The notes under the pieces: model-generated
What the model was told of the DNA's origin: nothing
Database searches by the model: none
Seen by the model: the letters and a program-made list of their open reading frames with translations, nothing else
Shown here: positions 24,709-37,838 of the stretch, piece after piece
How positions within the stretch are numbered: the stretch's first letter is position 1
Layout: every line of letters begins with the position of its first letter
Position numbers and translations under genes: made by a program
Assembly (NCBI GenBank): GCA_010093995.1
Contig: ML992503.1
Span: 62,001-117,668, forward strand
DNA length: 55,668 nucleotides
From: Elsinoe ampelina
Taxonomy: Eukaryota
Direction of reading: 5' to 3'

Positions 24709-27369
24709 CTACTTTCTTGAAAGCAATCTACTGATACTTTTCCTCTTTCCACTGCCAATGCTCGCCATTGATCCGAAACTTTCACTCTGACGCGGCCGAG
24801 AAGGTGATATCGGACTTACAAAGGAAACGCTGGTAGGACTCCTCGGCGAAGTCGCCGGCGATGCACGTCCAGAGTCTTCGCTGTCTGAAATGATGCCGCT
24901 CGAATGTCTACTGATGAGGGTCTTGATGTATGGAGATGTGTCGGAACATCGCGCCCATTCGATCTCGCTGGGATGACCACCAGCGAGCCAGGCACGAACA
25001 AACTTCTCGTTTCTCTTGACGATGGCGACTTCAAGAGGACTGAGGCCCGCACTGTTCTGTAGTGATAGTGTCGCACCGGCACGAATCAGAATGTCGGCAA
25101 GACGGAATTCGCCTTTCTCGGCCGCTGCATGTAGGCCGGTATCGCCATAGGTATTGCGTGCATCCACATTGGCTCTTCGAGGATTGTTGAGAAGCGTGAA
25201 CAAGACTCGATCGTGATTGCCGTGAATAGCGAAGTGAATGGCAGTCCATCCGTCAGCGCCAGCCAGGTTGGGATTGGCACGAGAGTCGAGCAAGAGCTGG
25301 ATGATGTTGAGGTGACCGTACTGGGCAGCAATATGCAAAGCACATTCCCTTGACTGGCTCATCAGATCCGGTTTGACGTCTTTCTCCTTGAGCAGAACAT
25401 GAACGATTTGATGCTTTGCAAACCTTGTGGCCTCGTGGAGGGCAAGCCTGACGAGATCCTCGGGCTGCCCAGATCGTTCGAGAAGGCTTGAGACAGTGCG
25501 CACATCGTCTCGGCGGATAGCTATGCGGAGATCTCTTTGAGCTGCTTTCGGATCAAGGTGGATCTTCGAGTCGTCTGTGGCGCCAGCCACGCACGAGTAA
25601 GTACCGTATAGAGGATCGCCTTGAGCGCTGTCGCTTCGAGTAGTCCAAGGAGCTAGATCCGGTGAATCACTCGACAGCGTCATGGACGGACGAAGTGGAG
25701 CGCCTCCAGAGACCGATTCGACCCTTGACATGGAGCTCCTTGGAGAGACCGAACTCAACGAGGGTGAACTGACTGCACGGTAGGTACTTGGTGCCGGCTG
25801 AGCTCCGATATATAGCTTCCAGTAAACCTCTCGGTGAAGTGTCTTCTCCTGAGCATCGTAGATCTTGAGAAGTAGATCCACAGTGTCAAGGAACTTCGGG
25901 TCTGATGTCGATGCAAAGTGTCTTCTGAGCTTAAAGGCCCTCTTAGCATCACGTTCGGCCACTTCCAAGAGATGCTCGCTGTCGAGACCGTGCTCTTTGT
26001 TGTATTGATATCGGTCATGGTTACCTCTGGAAAGACCTTGGTACTGGATGGCGGCCCTCAGTGCCTTTGACGGGTCTGAGTACTTTTCTGTGAAAGACTT
26101 CTGCTTGACGGGAGAGGCCGGCACGTATTCTGTGTCACCGCGGAGCAGTGCATGTCGGATCCCTTGTGCTTGGTCGTGCTGCTGCTGATTCTCGAGAATG
26201 TCCGCGAGGGTGGTCTGATAGTCCTCGTAGTCAGTAAAAGGCTTGCCGTGGCCGTTGTGTCGCTCCTGGAGGAGAGCTATGGCTTCACGTTGGTGTCTCT
26301 CCGCCTGATTGTACCACCCTTTCTGCATGTCCTCGGCGGCCTGTTGAGTGAGGCGCTCGATCAAAGCTTCCAATGGTTCGAGGTGAGTGGTATCGTCAAA
26401 GTCGGGTGTTGGATCGGCTCGAATGGGGTCCTCTGGCGCAAGAGACAAGCTCGAGGGTGACATGATGGAAGAAGGGTTACGCGGGCGGTTGTACTGAGCT
26501 GAGACGAACGGATCTGCTCTCGCCAGCTCGTCACGTGCGCTTTCAGACATTGTGGTATCGCTGTGCTTGTCCGAGAATGCTTTGACACTGGAGGCTCGGT
26601 GGACATCGACTGCCTGACCAATGACTCTGCGGAAGTCCTTCTCAATGGTCTCCTCATCTTCCGCAATGATGTTCTCTACCTTGACGAGCTCGTCGAGACC
26701 AATGGCAGAGTCATTGGGGTGCTGGCTTCTCTGGTCGCTTGCTTGAGACCTAACCGTCTCACGAGCTTGCTTGAAGACCTCGATGTTTCCCTGGCTCTTG
26801 CTGATCTGTGCGGAGAGGTGGCGGAGGGAGTCGAGAATTTCTGCTTGATTGCCGACATTCATGAGTCTGAGTCATGTCAGTAGTGATGGATCAGGCAGGG
26901 AGGGTGTGCCTTACACTTCATGACATGCTAATGAAACCTGCATCATCTGCAAACGAGTGTCTATAAAGTTCTCGAATCGTCGAATCGCTGCATCGCGTTT
27001 GTCCAGCTGCAGCTGCAGCAATGTCTTGCCGAGCCAGGATGGATGGGAAGGATCTCTGAGCAGGCCTTCAAGAGAGGTTTCGAATTGTTCGAGCACGCGA
27101 GTGCATACAGCAATGTCCTTGGACAGTGTCCTTCTCACCCGCTTTTCTTCATCGTTCAGTGGTCTGCGGGAGAGTGACTCGTTGCGGAGGTTGATGACGG
27201 ATTTGATCGTCTTGATGGTAGTCCATAGCGATTCGACCTTGTCCCTGAGTTCCTTTGCGGCAGTGTCGGCAGTCTTTGCATTGTTGACAAAGTCGCACAG
27301 TGTTTGGAATAGGCGTAGGGCGATATCGGCTAGTTGTACGGTCGACGAGGCCACCGCGAATGCCTCCAT
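24709..27369 (-). CDS. HeLo-like/SesA-type N-terminal domain + TPR-like + ankyrin-repeat protein (~870 aa)
   Basis: N-terminus MEAFAVASSTVQLADIALRLFQTLCDFV..AKTAD...ELRDKVESL is typical of the fungal STAND N-terminal (HeLo-like) domain. Ankyrin repeats ALHIAAQYGH, GWTAIHFA, GDTGLHAAAEKG. Intron 26867-26914 joins the two ORFs in frame. Confidence 0.85.
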
Positions 27370-28460
27370 GTCGACATGCAGGCAGTGTATGCTCGCACCA
27401 CTCTGGTTCGCATGTTGGTCCCAGCAGATGTCGGGACTGTAGAGTGCTTTCGCAGTGGAAAGTTAGGGAAGGATAGTCAGGGCAGCAGCAGAAAGGACAG
27501 CGAGTGTGATGCTGAGGCGCAGCTTTTGGCAAGATCCTTTCAGTTGGTGAGACGCTCAGAAGAAGTCGACGGCTGCCGAGTCATACTGCGGCATGTGAAA
27601 TGAAGACCTGACACCAAGGCAGACGGGAGGTACACCAATACCTACAGAGGTAAGAGAACGAAATCGGAATAATCACAGGGCTGTGCCTTTTGGCAAGAAG
27701 TAGCATGATCGACCTGGCAGGCCCCGGCATTGGCCGCTGTCAAATTGTCAGTCGAGGATCTCCAGAAGGAAGGAAACAACCCCCCCAAAAAAGTGACGAA
27801 ATGGGGTGCATCCGAAACAAACAGTTGCGGAAAAACAGTTGCTCTTGCTCATCCATGTGGGCGGCGTGGGGAAAACAATAATAATCTGGAGCAGGAAACC
27901 TTTTTTTCTCCGTCACCTCTCGCCTACCAATTGCTATTTCAGGCATCGACTGGCGAAGATCGATTCGTGCCTTTCGCTTTTCGGCACGCGTCTGCTTCAT
28001 CCCACCTCGCGTCTGACACGCTATCGACTTGCTATCGACCTTTCCATAACACAAGCAAAAATGATCCCAGTCATCTTCTCCAACATGGCATCGGACCTGC
28101 TTCGTCAACGTCCTGCAAGCCACCCACAGGCTCAGCCTCCGCCATTCGCTCCTTGAGCGTGTTCTGACCATCGATGCCTTCCTCTCGAAATTCAGGCAGA
28201 CCGCCACAAGACTAGTCGTCGATCTCCCGCCGCAGCAGAAGGTTGGTTCAGCTTCATCCATTGTAAGAAGACAGAGCATTATTCCGCCGTCTCCAAAAAC
28301 TTCAACATCTCATATTCTTCACTGCTCGATCGCTAGCTTTCTGTATCGCCAGCTCAGTCACGTGTGGCATTGTCCCTCGCTCACTTAACGGCTCCCGGAT
28401 TGGCCGTGATCAAGCAATGGTGCCGCCTCCAATACAATAATTCTGTATCCTGCAGCCGCA

Positions 28461-31022
28461 ATGGCGGACTTTGACAATGTCGCGCGGCGGCGGACTATAA
28501 TGGCAGATAGGCATCTCGAGTTGCCAAATGGATATGCTGATCATTCTGTAAGTCTCTGCTACCTCAAGCGGACCATGCTAATGCTCATAGTTCCCATCAC
28601 AGCCATCCCACCACAGTCACGAGGACTCCTCGATTCGGCATTCCCCTGCTCCCAGGTCGGCCAACTATCCTACTCCTCGAGACGAACGGCTGACTGTACA
28701 GACCTACCACCAGTCGTATTTACCTCAACAATCCCTTGATCCATCTCAGCCCTCCCGAGCTCGAAAATGCCGCGCGCAACTTTGCAGAGGTCGCCGGACT
28801 GAAAAGCATCACCGATCTTCTTATCAAAGGCGCCAAGTTTGCTCGTAATCCAGATACCTGGAGATCGCTGCCCGGTCTGACCGAAGAGGAACGTGAGGTC
28901 CTCGAAGCACAGTCCAAAGGTTCACGTTTCTTGGATCAGCCAAAAGAGCTTCAGGTGACTCTGCTTGCATGCGCTTGCGCAGCGCTCATCCAGTAGGTTT
29001 CTCCCACGTGGGAATGGCCGACGCTGATGGCTATCCAGAGGTTGGGACCAAGCAAGCCTGAACGGCGCCAATCTTCGCTGGCCTGAGGATCTCGGGCTCG
29101 CTCAAGGACTTGACGAAGGCCGACCTTACGAAGTCTGGCTTTTCGCTCTCGTCAACGCAACCCCCTATCTTATGGCCTCCATCTTCTGTTACCTTTCCGA
29201 CACGTTGAACGAATACCTGCTCGGCCGCCGAGCTGCCATCTTTGTCGCCGCCATCTGCAGCATGTGTGCCGTCATTGGCAGTGCTTGTGTCCGGAACGTC
29301 TGGGAGTTGCTTGCCTGCAGAATCATCCTTGCCGCTGGAATAGGGACAAAAGCTTCTGTGACGTCCATTTTCATGGCTGAAGTCGCACCGGCAAAATTGA
29401 GAGGTGGGCAATTTCTAGTCCATTGGGTCACACCCGTCTCACCTCGTTGTAGGCTCCCTTGTGATGAATTGGCAGGTCTTTGTTGCCTTTGGTATCTTTC
29501 TGTAAGCATACTGTATACTTGTACTGTTGCTTCGGTCACCCTCTGACACCTTCAAGCGGCCATTCCGCAAATCTGGCCGTCTTCGATATTCGCTCTCTCA
29601 ATTGGCGCCTGCAACTCTTCGCCGCTTGCGTACCGTGTGTACCACTCGCTCTACTAATATTCTGCTGTCCTGGTATGTCTGCTTCCAATGCTTATGAGGA
29701 GGCTATCTTCTAACACAGGCTCGTAGAATCACCGCGCTTCTTGATCAAGAAGCAACGTTTCGCAAAGGCTTATCGCTCACTGTGCAGCCTGTCCAAGTTG
29801 CCACTCATTGCCGCCAGAGAATTGTTTCTCATCCACACCCAGATGCAAGCCGAGGCGAGGATGTACACGACACCGATGATGGGGACACACCCAGAGGAAG
29901 ATCTGGATGATGATAAGGTCGACGCTGCCTCCCTGACCGACAATAAGAATATCTATGTCACACAGGGAGGTACCTCGTTCTTCAGGAGGTTCCGTCAGCT
30001 CTTCTCAGTGCCACGAATTCGCCGAGCCTCAACTGGTAAGTCAGCATCAACTCACGGGCCTTCAGCCATACTGATTTACGTCCAGCTGCCTTCGTTATCA
30101 TGATCACACAGCAACTTTCCGGAGTCAACGTTATTTCGTTCTACGGATCAACATTGACAAGTAGCGGCGTTAGATACAGCGATCCGGAGGATGCCAAGTA
30201 CACTGAGTGGCGGCGCGCCCTCTGGCTCAATTGGGGCATCGGAATCACAAATTTCCTGTGCGCGACCCCTTTCAATGTGCTGGATGCATGGCTAACGGAG
30301 ACGCAGGTTCGCATTTCCTGCCTATGGCACAATTGATCGATGGGGTCGCAGAGCTCTGGTCCTCATCAATCTGCCACTTCTGGCGCTTTGCCTTCTAGCC
30401 GCAGCACTCTGTTTCCGCATCCCCGAAGGCTCAGGTCAGCTCGCAGGGGTCGGCCTTTTCCTGGTCCTGTTCACCATATTCTATTCCTTCAGCTGCGGTG
30501 TGGTACCCTTCAGCTACAGCGCGGAGGTATTCCCGATCGTCAATCGAGGTAAGGCACCCATAAAGTCGAGGCACTAGCCACTCATACCGCATAGAAGTCG
30601 GAATGTCGTTTGCCGTGTTCTGCAACCTATTCGGAGCCGGCATTCTGGCGCTCTTTGTCCCCTTTCTCAATTCGAAATTGACCGCCACTGGACTGCTCTG
30701 CCTCTTTGCGTAAGTATCCTTCCACTTCTTGGCTTAACATGCACTAATCTCTGGCAGCGGGCTCAACGTTCTAGCGTTCGTCCTAGTCTGGCTGTTCATG
30801 TATGAGACCAGGCAGGCGGTACTCGAGGAGATGAACGCCATCTTCAATGTGCCTACATCGTGGCACATCCGATATCAATGGCAGGTCATGCTACCCTGGA
30901 TTTGGACGACCTTTATTCGACGACAAGACATTGGCATAGCGGAACCTCTTCCGCAGTGGTACGACGGTCAGATAGCTGGAAGGGATATGGATGGACATCA
31001 GCTACAGGACCAGCATAGCTGA
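28461..31022 (+). CDS. MFS sugar porter (myo-inositol/polyol transporter-like), ~10 introns
   Basis: Spliced motifs IQ|GWDQ, LGRRAAIF, AEVAPAKLRG|SLVMNWQ, CP|ESPRF, QQLSGVNVI, DRWGRR, SAEVFP, ETRQAVLEEM. Confidence 0.9.
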
Positions 31023-31443
31023 GAGACGTAGCACAAGCTTCCCATCGAATCATTGTCAATATTCGCACCCGAACCCACGTTCTTATGCAACCAGACCGAT
31101 TCGCTTGTCTTCAAATGCTTCGATGGGAACGACTGGGTATCCGCTTGCTTGCCGACCTTGTCCCCTATAGATGTCATCTTTTGTATGCTTCCGATCACTC
31201 TTCTGACTACCACAAGCCGTTACATTTCTGGAGCAATGTCTACTATGGTGTCTAGATTGGTCCATCTTTAAGTGGGCTCAAATTGGTCTAATTACAGCCT
31301 CGTCTCACGGAGAGAGAATGGAGGCGGTGACAGACACGTTATATCACACCACCGCTCAAATTGGATCAATTTGAGGTCAGTAGAGTGCCTGACAATACAC
31401 GGGCAATGTGTGTTACGCTGCGATAGCGGTCGCCCATACCCAC

Positions 31444-32301
31444 TCATCCCTCTAGTCCATCTAGTAAATCACATGCCCTTTTGACCTTCTCACTCACATC
31501 CTCCAGCTGTCCCTATCAGCTCACGTCTTCACCAACACTGGCAGATACTCACATGCTCAAACTTGAACACCCCATAATGATCCCCCTCCACCTCATAAGT
31601 CTCCTTGATGAAACCCATATCCCATCTACCCCACCCCAAATCAGGCTCATCCCTCACAAAATCCACCCCCGCCACCTCCCCCGTCCCCGGTGGTAAGACC
31701 CACTCCTTCGACTTCAACAGCACGGTCGGCGGGGGCTTCGTGTCCCGGAAAGCAGGCAATGACCAATCCACGACGAGAGAGCGGGAGTTTCCCATGCATT
31801 TCGCGATCTTGTCACGCATGGCCTGAGACGTGGTAGAGGCGAAGGAGGGCGGGGCGGAAGCGACGGTCTTGCCCTTGGGAGAGGGGTAGCGGGGACAGGG
31901 CGTGTCGATGAAGAGGAGGCCTTTGATATGAAGTGTAGATTCGGGGGTGGTGGCGAGGAGGTGGGCGATTTGGACGGCGATCATGCCGCCGAGGGACCAG
32001 CCTTTTTTAATCAGCATGTTTCTTGCGAAGCATGAGGGAGAAGTGGCTCACCGCCTAGCAGGATATGGCCTGATGGATGAACATCTCGGATGAAGGAGGC
32101 GTAGAGCTCGGCGACTTCGGACATGCTGCTCCATGGCTCGCCGGTCTCGAAGTTGGGGTTCGAGATGCCGTAGACCGGGCGGGAGAGGTCGTCCAGGAGG
32201 TGGTAGCTGAAGATTGTGCCGCCGCCGTCGTGGATGAGGAAGAGTGGTGTACGGGAGGGATCTTCGGGGGGTTGGATCTCGACGCAGGTGGATGCAGGCA
32301 T
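31444..32301 (-). CDS. Stand-alone thioesterase (alpha/beta hydrolase, PKS/NRPS TE-like)
   Basis: LFLIHDGGG, nucleophile G|WSLGG across intron 32002-32051, FIDT, GDHY. Final intron 31507-31552. Confidence 0.88.
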
Positions 32302-32465
32302 GTTCGGATGGTTTTATTGTTGAATCGATGGACGTGGTCCGCAGGGAGGGGGAAGCGAGGTCTGGAGGTAACTGAACAATCACCAATGGCCGCGATGAGC
32401 ACCAGATCTGGCAGACTTTGTTGTACGAGGTCAAGATAAGTATGATATTTTGTTCAAGCAGAACT

Positions 32466-32930
32466 CTAAAATTGTCCAATGACATCTTCAGGCCTGCCGC
32501 TGGTGGCTACTATGTTGTAGGGACGCAACCCGGTCAGCTTCCACTCTCCTCCCAGCATCGAGTATGTGAACTCGGTGTAAACGCTCGACTCCCACTGTGC
32601 CTCTGTACCGTTCCCGAGGACGCTCACGTGGCGAGCACGGGTCTGCTATTGCCCCTTCACTTCGGTTTGGCTGGTTCTGGTGAAGACAGAAGAGCCCAGA
32701 AGGTGCTGTGTTTGCACTGATGGCTTTGGTCAGTACTGAACTCCATGAGCAAGGGACAGACTCTACGCACGCAAGACTTACGTCTTGGATCACCCAGAGC
32801 TATCACCATGAATGAGCGGTCGAAGACGGCTTCAGGAGCTGCAACGACGAAAGTGCCGACTGCAGGGTAGTCTGAGTAATCTGCCACCACTTGCGGCCCG
32901 GTGATGGCGAGAAAGATGTTCCTTCCCTGC
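32466..32930 (-). pseudogene. Scytalone dehydratase-like (NTF2/SnoaL fold) pseudogene
   Basis: Spliced (intron 32717-32781) translation ...VVADYS...LGDPRLQTQHLLGSSVFTRTSQTEVKGQ*QTRARH...YSMLGGEWKLTGLRP...PEDVIGQF matches the scytalone dehydratase pattern. In-frame TAG at 32646-32648 and no clear start. Confidence 0.75.
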
Positions 32931-33306
32931 AGTCATGGTCAACTGGCATACCAAGGAGTATGAGCCACACGTAAGGAGCAATCACGCTTGCCCGAGTATG
33001 TTTGAAAGGGTTGGGAAGGGAGGTGGGAACTCAAACAAGGAAGGTCGAAATTCAGGAGAGGAAGTGAAGTGAGAAACGCCGAGCAAGGCTTTTATACTCT
33101 ACCGATCCAGGCGAACTAGATGGTAAAACCGATCAAGTGATGTCCCCGGCAGCTTGATTCGTCCGTAGCCAAGCAGATCGCAGGACATACTACTCCAATT
33201 GTGTATCCTGTAGCCCGTAAGACCGATCCAAGACGAGTCATGTTATGGAGCCGACCCGATGGCATGAACTGTACATTATACATTATAATCCATCTATGTC
33301 TAGCTC

Positions 33307-34392
33307 TCATGCCTTGAGTGCCTTCTTCACACCTCCCAAGAATCCGCTGTTGGCCATAGCCTGGCTCAGGTCCCAAGACATGACTCCGCCGAAGCTCGAG
33401 AATTGCTTGCAGTAGTTGATGATCGGTCGCAGGTCGGCGACGCTCTTATACCCGCTTCCAGCTGCAGTGGGACCGGCAGGGACGCCGAGGAAGATCTTGA
33501 CGACCTTCTTCTTGGAAACAGTCTTAGCGTAAGCGTCCCAGGTCTCATAGTTGAAGTTGTTCTGCGTCGAAGTCCCGCTGGTGAAGGATTGCAGGCCGCA
33601 GTAATTGTTGTAGAATTGGACGAAGATGGCATCGAAGCCGACATTTGCCAGCATCGGTCCCACTGCGTGGTCTGGGTAAGGACATTGAGGAGCGGCAGTG
33701 AGATAAAACTTCTTGGCTGTGCTCTTGTTCATGAGCGTCCGAAGGCGTTGAGCAAAGGCGACACTGTTGGTCATGGTGGTCTCCATGTCCATGTCGAAAC
33801 CGTCGATGACTGCATTGCCGAATGGACGAAGTTCGCTGGAGCCAGTCTGCTTGGGACCGAACATGGCCCAGAGCTTGTCGGCCCATGCTTTGGCGGTGGC
33901 ATTGTTGCTGAAACCGCCTTCGCCATATGTGGCACCACCAATGGATAACAGAATGGTTTTGCCGTACTGATTCTGACAGGTCTTTATGTCTTTCGTGATA
34001 TTCGGGCATTTGATCAGTTGAGTGCCAGGGAAAACGCCACAGCCATTTTGCTGGTTCGCAAAATTCAGGACCGGTTCGCCCCCTGGACCCGAAGTCATCT
34101 GGGTCAAGAAGGCCATGGGGATAATGTCGACATTGGAATCTGTACTTGTCAGAAACGTTCGCTCGGAAATCTAGGGGAGATTACTTCTGCAGTAGGTCGC
34201 GAGGCTCTGCTGTGAAAGATTACCGGTCCCTTGTCCATAAGAGTTTTGACCTGCGGAAGTGTAAGTCTTTGACGTTTACTTTCAATGGCCCTACTTACCC
34301 CAATACACAGCGACATTAGTGTTTGCGGTCGAGGAAAAGCCGGCGAGCGCGAGCGGTAGGCTGGCGAGCAGTAAAGATGACAAGGCGATCAT
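33307..34392 (-). CDS. Secreted GH18 chitinase, class III (Cts1/hevamine-like)
   Basis: Signal peptide MIALSSLLLASLPLALA, then VAVYW|GQNS, LLSIGGA, catalytic DGFDMDME, AAPQCPYPD, VQFYNNYC, GGVMSWD. Two short 5' introns. Confidence 0.93.
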
Positions 34393-35657
34393 GATGCTAC
34401 TAAGGAACGACTGGAGCCACTTTGGACTTTGGATTTGAAGCAGTAGTGATATAGAAAGACATTATACCTACACGGCAAGGACAGCCACGCAAGTCTCCCA
34501 CGCCTATTGACATTATTATCGAGGCCGTTGAGCTCAGCCTGCGTGGCACGGGAGCTGCCATGGAAGATCATTTTACTTGGAATGAGACCGTTGAGTGGGT
34601 AAACAACGACTTTGCGTGAGGCAATGCTTACATCAGACATCAGAATTGAGGTTTCTTCGTCAGTATCCATGGAGAGACATGTCACGAGTCCATCTCCAGG
34701 TTTATTATAAAGTCGTTGTCGGCGCGCAGAGCATAATAGTTTATGGGTGACTTTCGCCACCCGCCGCCACTGCTCAATATGGGGTGGGGGACGGCATTGT
34801 AAGAGTGGTACAGATACCGAGCCGGAGATCCGGTCGCAGATCTTGTGGTGATAGCGAAGGAGAAGACGGGAGAGCCGTGTGACTTTAGGGTTGAATGATA
34901 TTAAATTGCAGAGACCACAAACCTGTCAGCCCTGGAGTATTTTTGTTCTGCGGCAACCTCAGCACGTCCACGGAACGAGAAATTGCTCTTCGGGCCGACA
35001 AAGCGATCTCCCACGCAGAAGATCTCGAGCTTTTTTTTCTCGACTTTTCCTCTCATCTTCACGGCCGTGCAGCTCTGCTGGCTTCATCTCTTGGATAGCC
35101 GATGGTTCATTCGACGCTCTGGAACTTTGCCTATTACCATGGCTAATATCGCATCTTGTTCAAGACTGTTTGACCAACTCTCTACACCCTCGGGTCTTCC
35201 GGCTACCCTGCGTCACAGCATTGTGCCCTTCATTAGGGCCCAATTTAGAGCAAGCACAATGCTTGTGCAAGGGAGGGAGTTGGTGCCCATACAAGTTCGT
35301 AACGAACCAATCATTATACGCGTAATACCAGCTGTGTCCAGGATCAAGATAGAAAGAGCAGGAGGTTATTTCCTTGTAGACGATCCAGCCTGGTCCCTCC
35401 ATCTACGCCATCTGACTGTGCCCTCCTGTAATTTTGAGTTGCCGATGGTGTTTGCTGATCCAGTGGTCCTTCGCATGGACACGGGCAGTCACCTATGGTT
35501 CCCCATAAACAATTGTAGGTTTCGCTGCTTTCTTTAGATCTCTTGTCTCGAACCTGAAGGTTCTTATGAGCCATCAGAACTGCAGAAGTGGTATCACCGT
35601 CACCTCCAGTGGCCTGCAAATTATACCAGTCGTTTCTCGAACATCCACTACTAAGCC

Positions 35658-37624
35658 ATGGTATCCCTTCGAGGAGTACTCACCGCAGCCTTGCTGGCAG
35701 CTACCTCGCTCGCTGAGCTCTTCACCCATGACGAGACCTTCACGCCGGACTATGTTCTCGAGGCGACCCTACAATCTATCAAGATCAGCTGCAACGTTCG
35801 AGAGTCTGTCGTGATCAACGGCACCTCACCCGGTCCAACGATTCGGCTCAAAGAAGGGGAGACCACTTGGATCAGAGTGTGGAACAGAATCGCCGCAGAC
35901 AATTTCACAGTGGTAAGTCTGACCAGCAATCTCATGTCCTGTGTTAACCCTCCAAGCATTGGCATGGATTAACACAAAGGACTGCGCCATTCTCGGATGG
36001 GACACCACTTGTAGCTCAGTGGCCAATCCCGCAGGACCACTTCTTCGACTACGAGATCCACCCAGAAATTGGAGACGCCGGCTCATATTTCTACCACTCT
36101 CACGTCGGTTTCCAACAGTCTACTGCCCATGGAATCTTGATTGTCGATGATGCTGATGAAAAGCCATACGAGTACGATGGCGATATACCCTTGATATTTG
36201 GCGACTACTATGCCAAAGGCGACGAAGATATTGTCCATGGTCTACTTGCAGATCCGTTCAAGTGGTCAGGCGAGCCGAACAACGTACTCCTCAATGGCCA
36301 AAGCGGAAATGTCTCCTCGACTGCCACATCTGATCCTTCTTGCGCACCACATGTAATCGAAGTCGAGCCGGACAAAGAGTATAGGATACGAGTCATTGGA
36401 GCTACAGCAATTTCTTTCATGAAGGCGGTCCTCGAAGGGCACTCACAGCTCAAGGTCATCGAGGCAGACGGTCAGTACACCAAGCGGGCATCCATCGACC
36501 ATATCCAGGTCTCACCAGGGCAGCGGTTCAGCTATCTGCTCAAGACAAAGTGTCTGGACGACCTGAAGCAGTCTAACAAGACCGACTTCTGGATCAGATA
36601 TGAGTCTCGCGATCGTCCGACGAGTATCAAGGGTTATGCAATCCTTCGATACAAGTTGCCAAATCGACAGCTGCCTCTTCCCGAGCTTCCCGAGACTTCC
36701 CCAGTTCAGGTGCCCAATACCACCTACAATTATCTCGAGTACAAGCTTGAGTCTCATTCGCACAAAAGCCGAAAGAACTTCCCTCGTCTTTCTGAAGTGA
36801 CCAGGACCGTCACGATCCAGATGAACCAAATGCTCCGCACTGGCTCTCTTGTCAACGGTTCCTTACAAGGCGTCGTCGAATGGGCGTAAGTGCATCCTAA
36901 TCCCTTCCCACGTCGCAACACTAATCCATCCAGACAAAACGGTGACTCCTGGAAAGAAAACGTCCAGGCTCTCTCCCCCCGCCCACCTTACCTCGTCGAT
37001 GTCTTCACCACCGGCACCGTCCCCAACTACACCGCCGCCATCGCCAACAAAGGCCTCGATCCAGTCACCAATACCTGGCCCGCCATGGTCGGCGAAGTCC
37101 TCGACATAGTATGGCTGTCCAACTCCGGTCCCACAGGCGGCTTCGACTTCCACCCCATGCACATCCACGGCGAACACATCTACGACCTTGGCTCGGGGAA
37201 CGGGACATACAACGCTGCTGAAAACGAGAAGCGATTCAAGAACTTCACCCCTGCGAAGAGGGACACGACTGTTCTCTACCGATACACGGTCAAGGGGGAA
37301 AAGCCCTTCACCACCGCTGGGTGGCGGGCATGGCGCATTCGCATCACCGAAGAGAACGTCGGTGCTTGGATGGCCCATTGTCACGTCGCTCAGCACGCCG
37401 TGATGGGAATGAATACGGTGTGGGTGTACGGGGATGCGAAGGCGTTGTTGACAAAATTCCCCTCTGTGCCTTATATCCAGGGATACCTGGATTTTGGAGG
37501 CAGTGCCTTTGGGAAGGAGGGCCAGCCTCCGGTCGTGAACCATCATTTCGATACTGAGGATGGGAGTGGAAAGGCGCCAGATGACGAGGGTCATGGCCGT
37601 GGGCATGCAGACCCGGGCAATTGA
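35658..37624 (+). CDS. Secreted multicopper oxidase (AA1, ascorbate-oxidase-like)
   Basis: Signal peptide and the four Cu motifs V|HWHG, YHSH, HPMHIHG, HCHVAQHAVMGM. Introns ~35913-35957 and ~36886-36933. Confidence 0.93.
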
Positions 37625-37838
37625 GTTCTAGTGGCCGCGGAGAGCACTTCGGCTATGATACTAATCATACTCTTACCATGTCGTTTACTTTCCGGGATCC
37701 GACTGTGATCACATACTGTCGGTCCCTCATGCCGGAAGCCTTGAGTCATTGCGGTCGTGTTCCGGCACTGTGACGGCACTGCATTGCGTGGTACGTACCA
37801 GTTGTGCCTTCCTCAGTGCTAAAACTGATTGTTCCCGC

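Noticed and set aside
17533..28366. CACGTG E-boxes upstream of several genes (~17534, ~22490, ~28359)
   Set aside because: A 6-mer at about chance frequency, with no evidence of co-regulation.
34879..35560. ORFs between the chitinase and the multicopper oxidase
   Set aside because: No recognisable domain or consistent splice model. Could be an old relic but unsupported.
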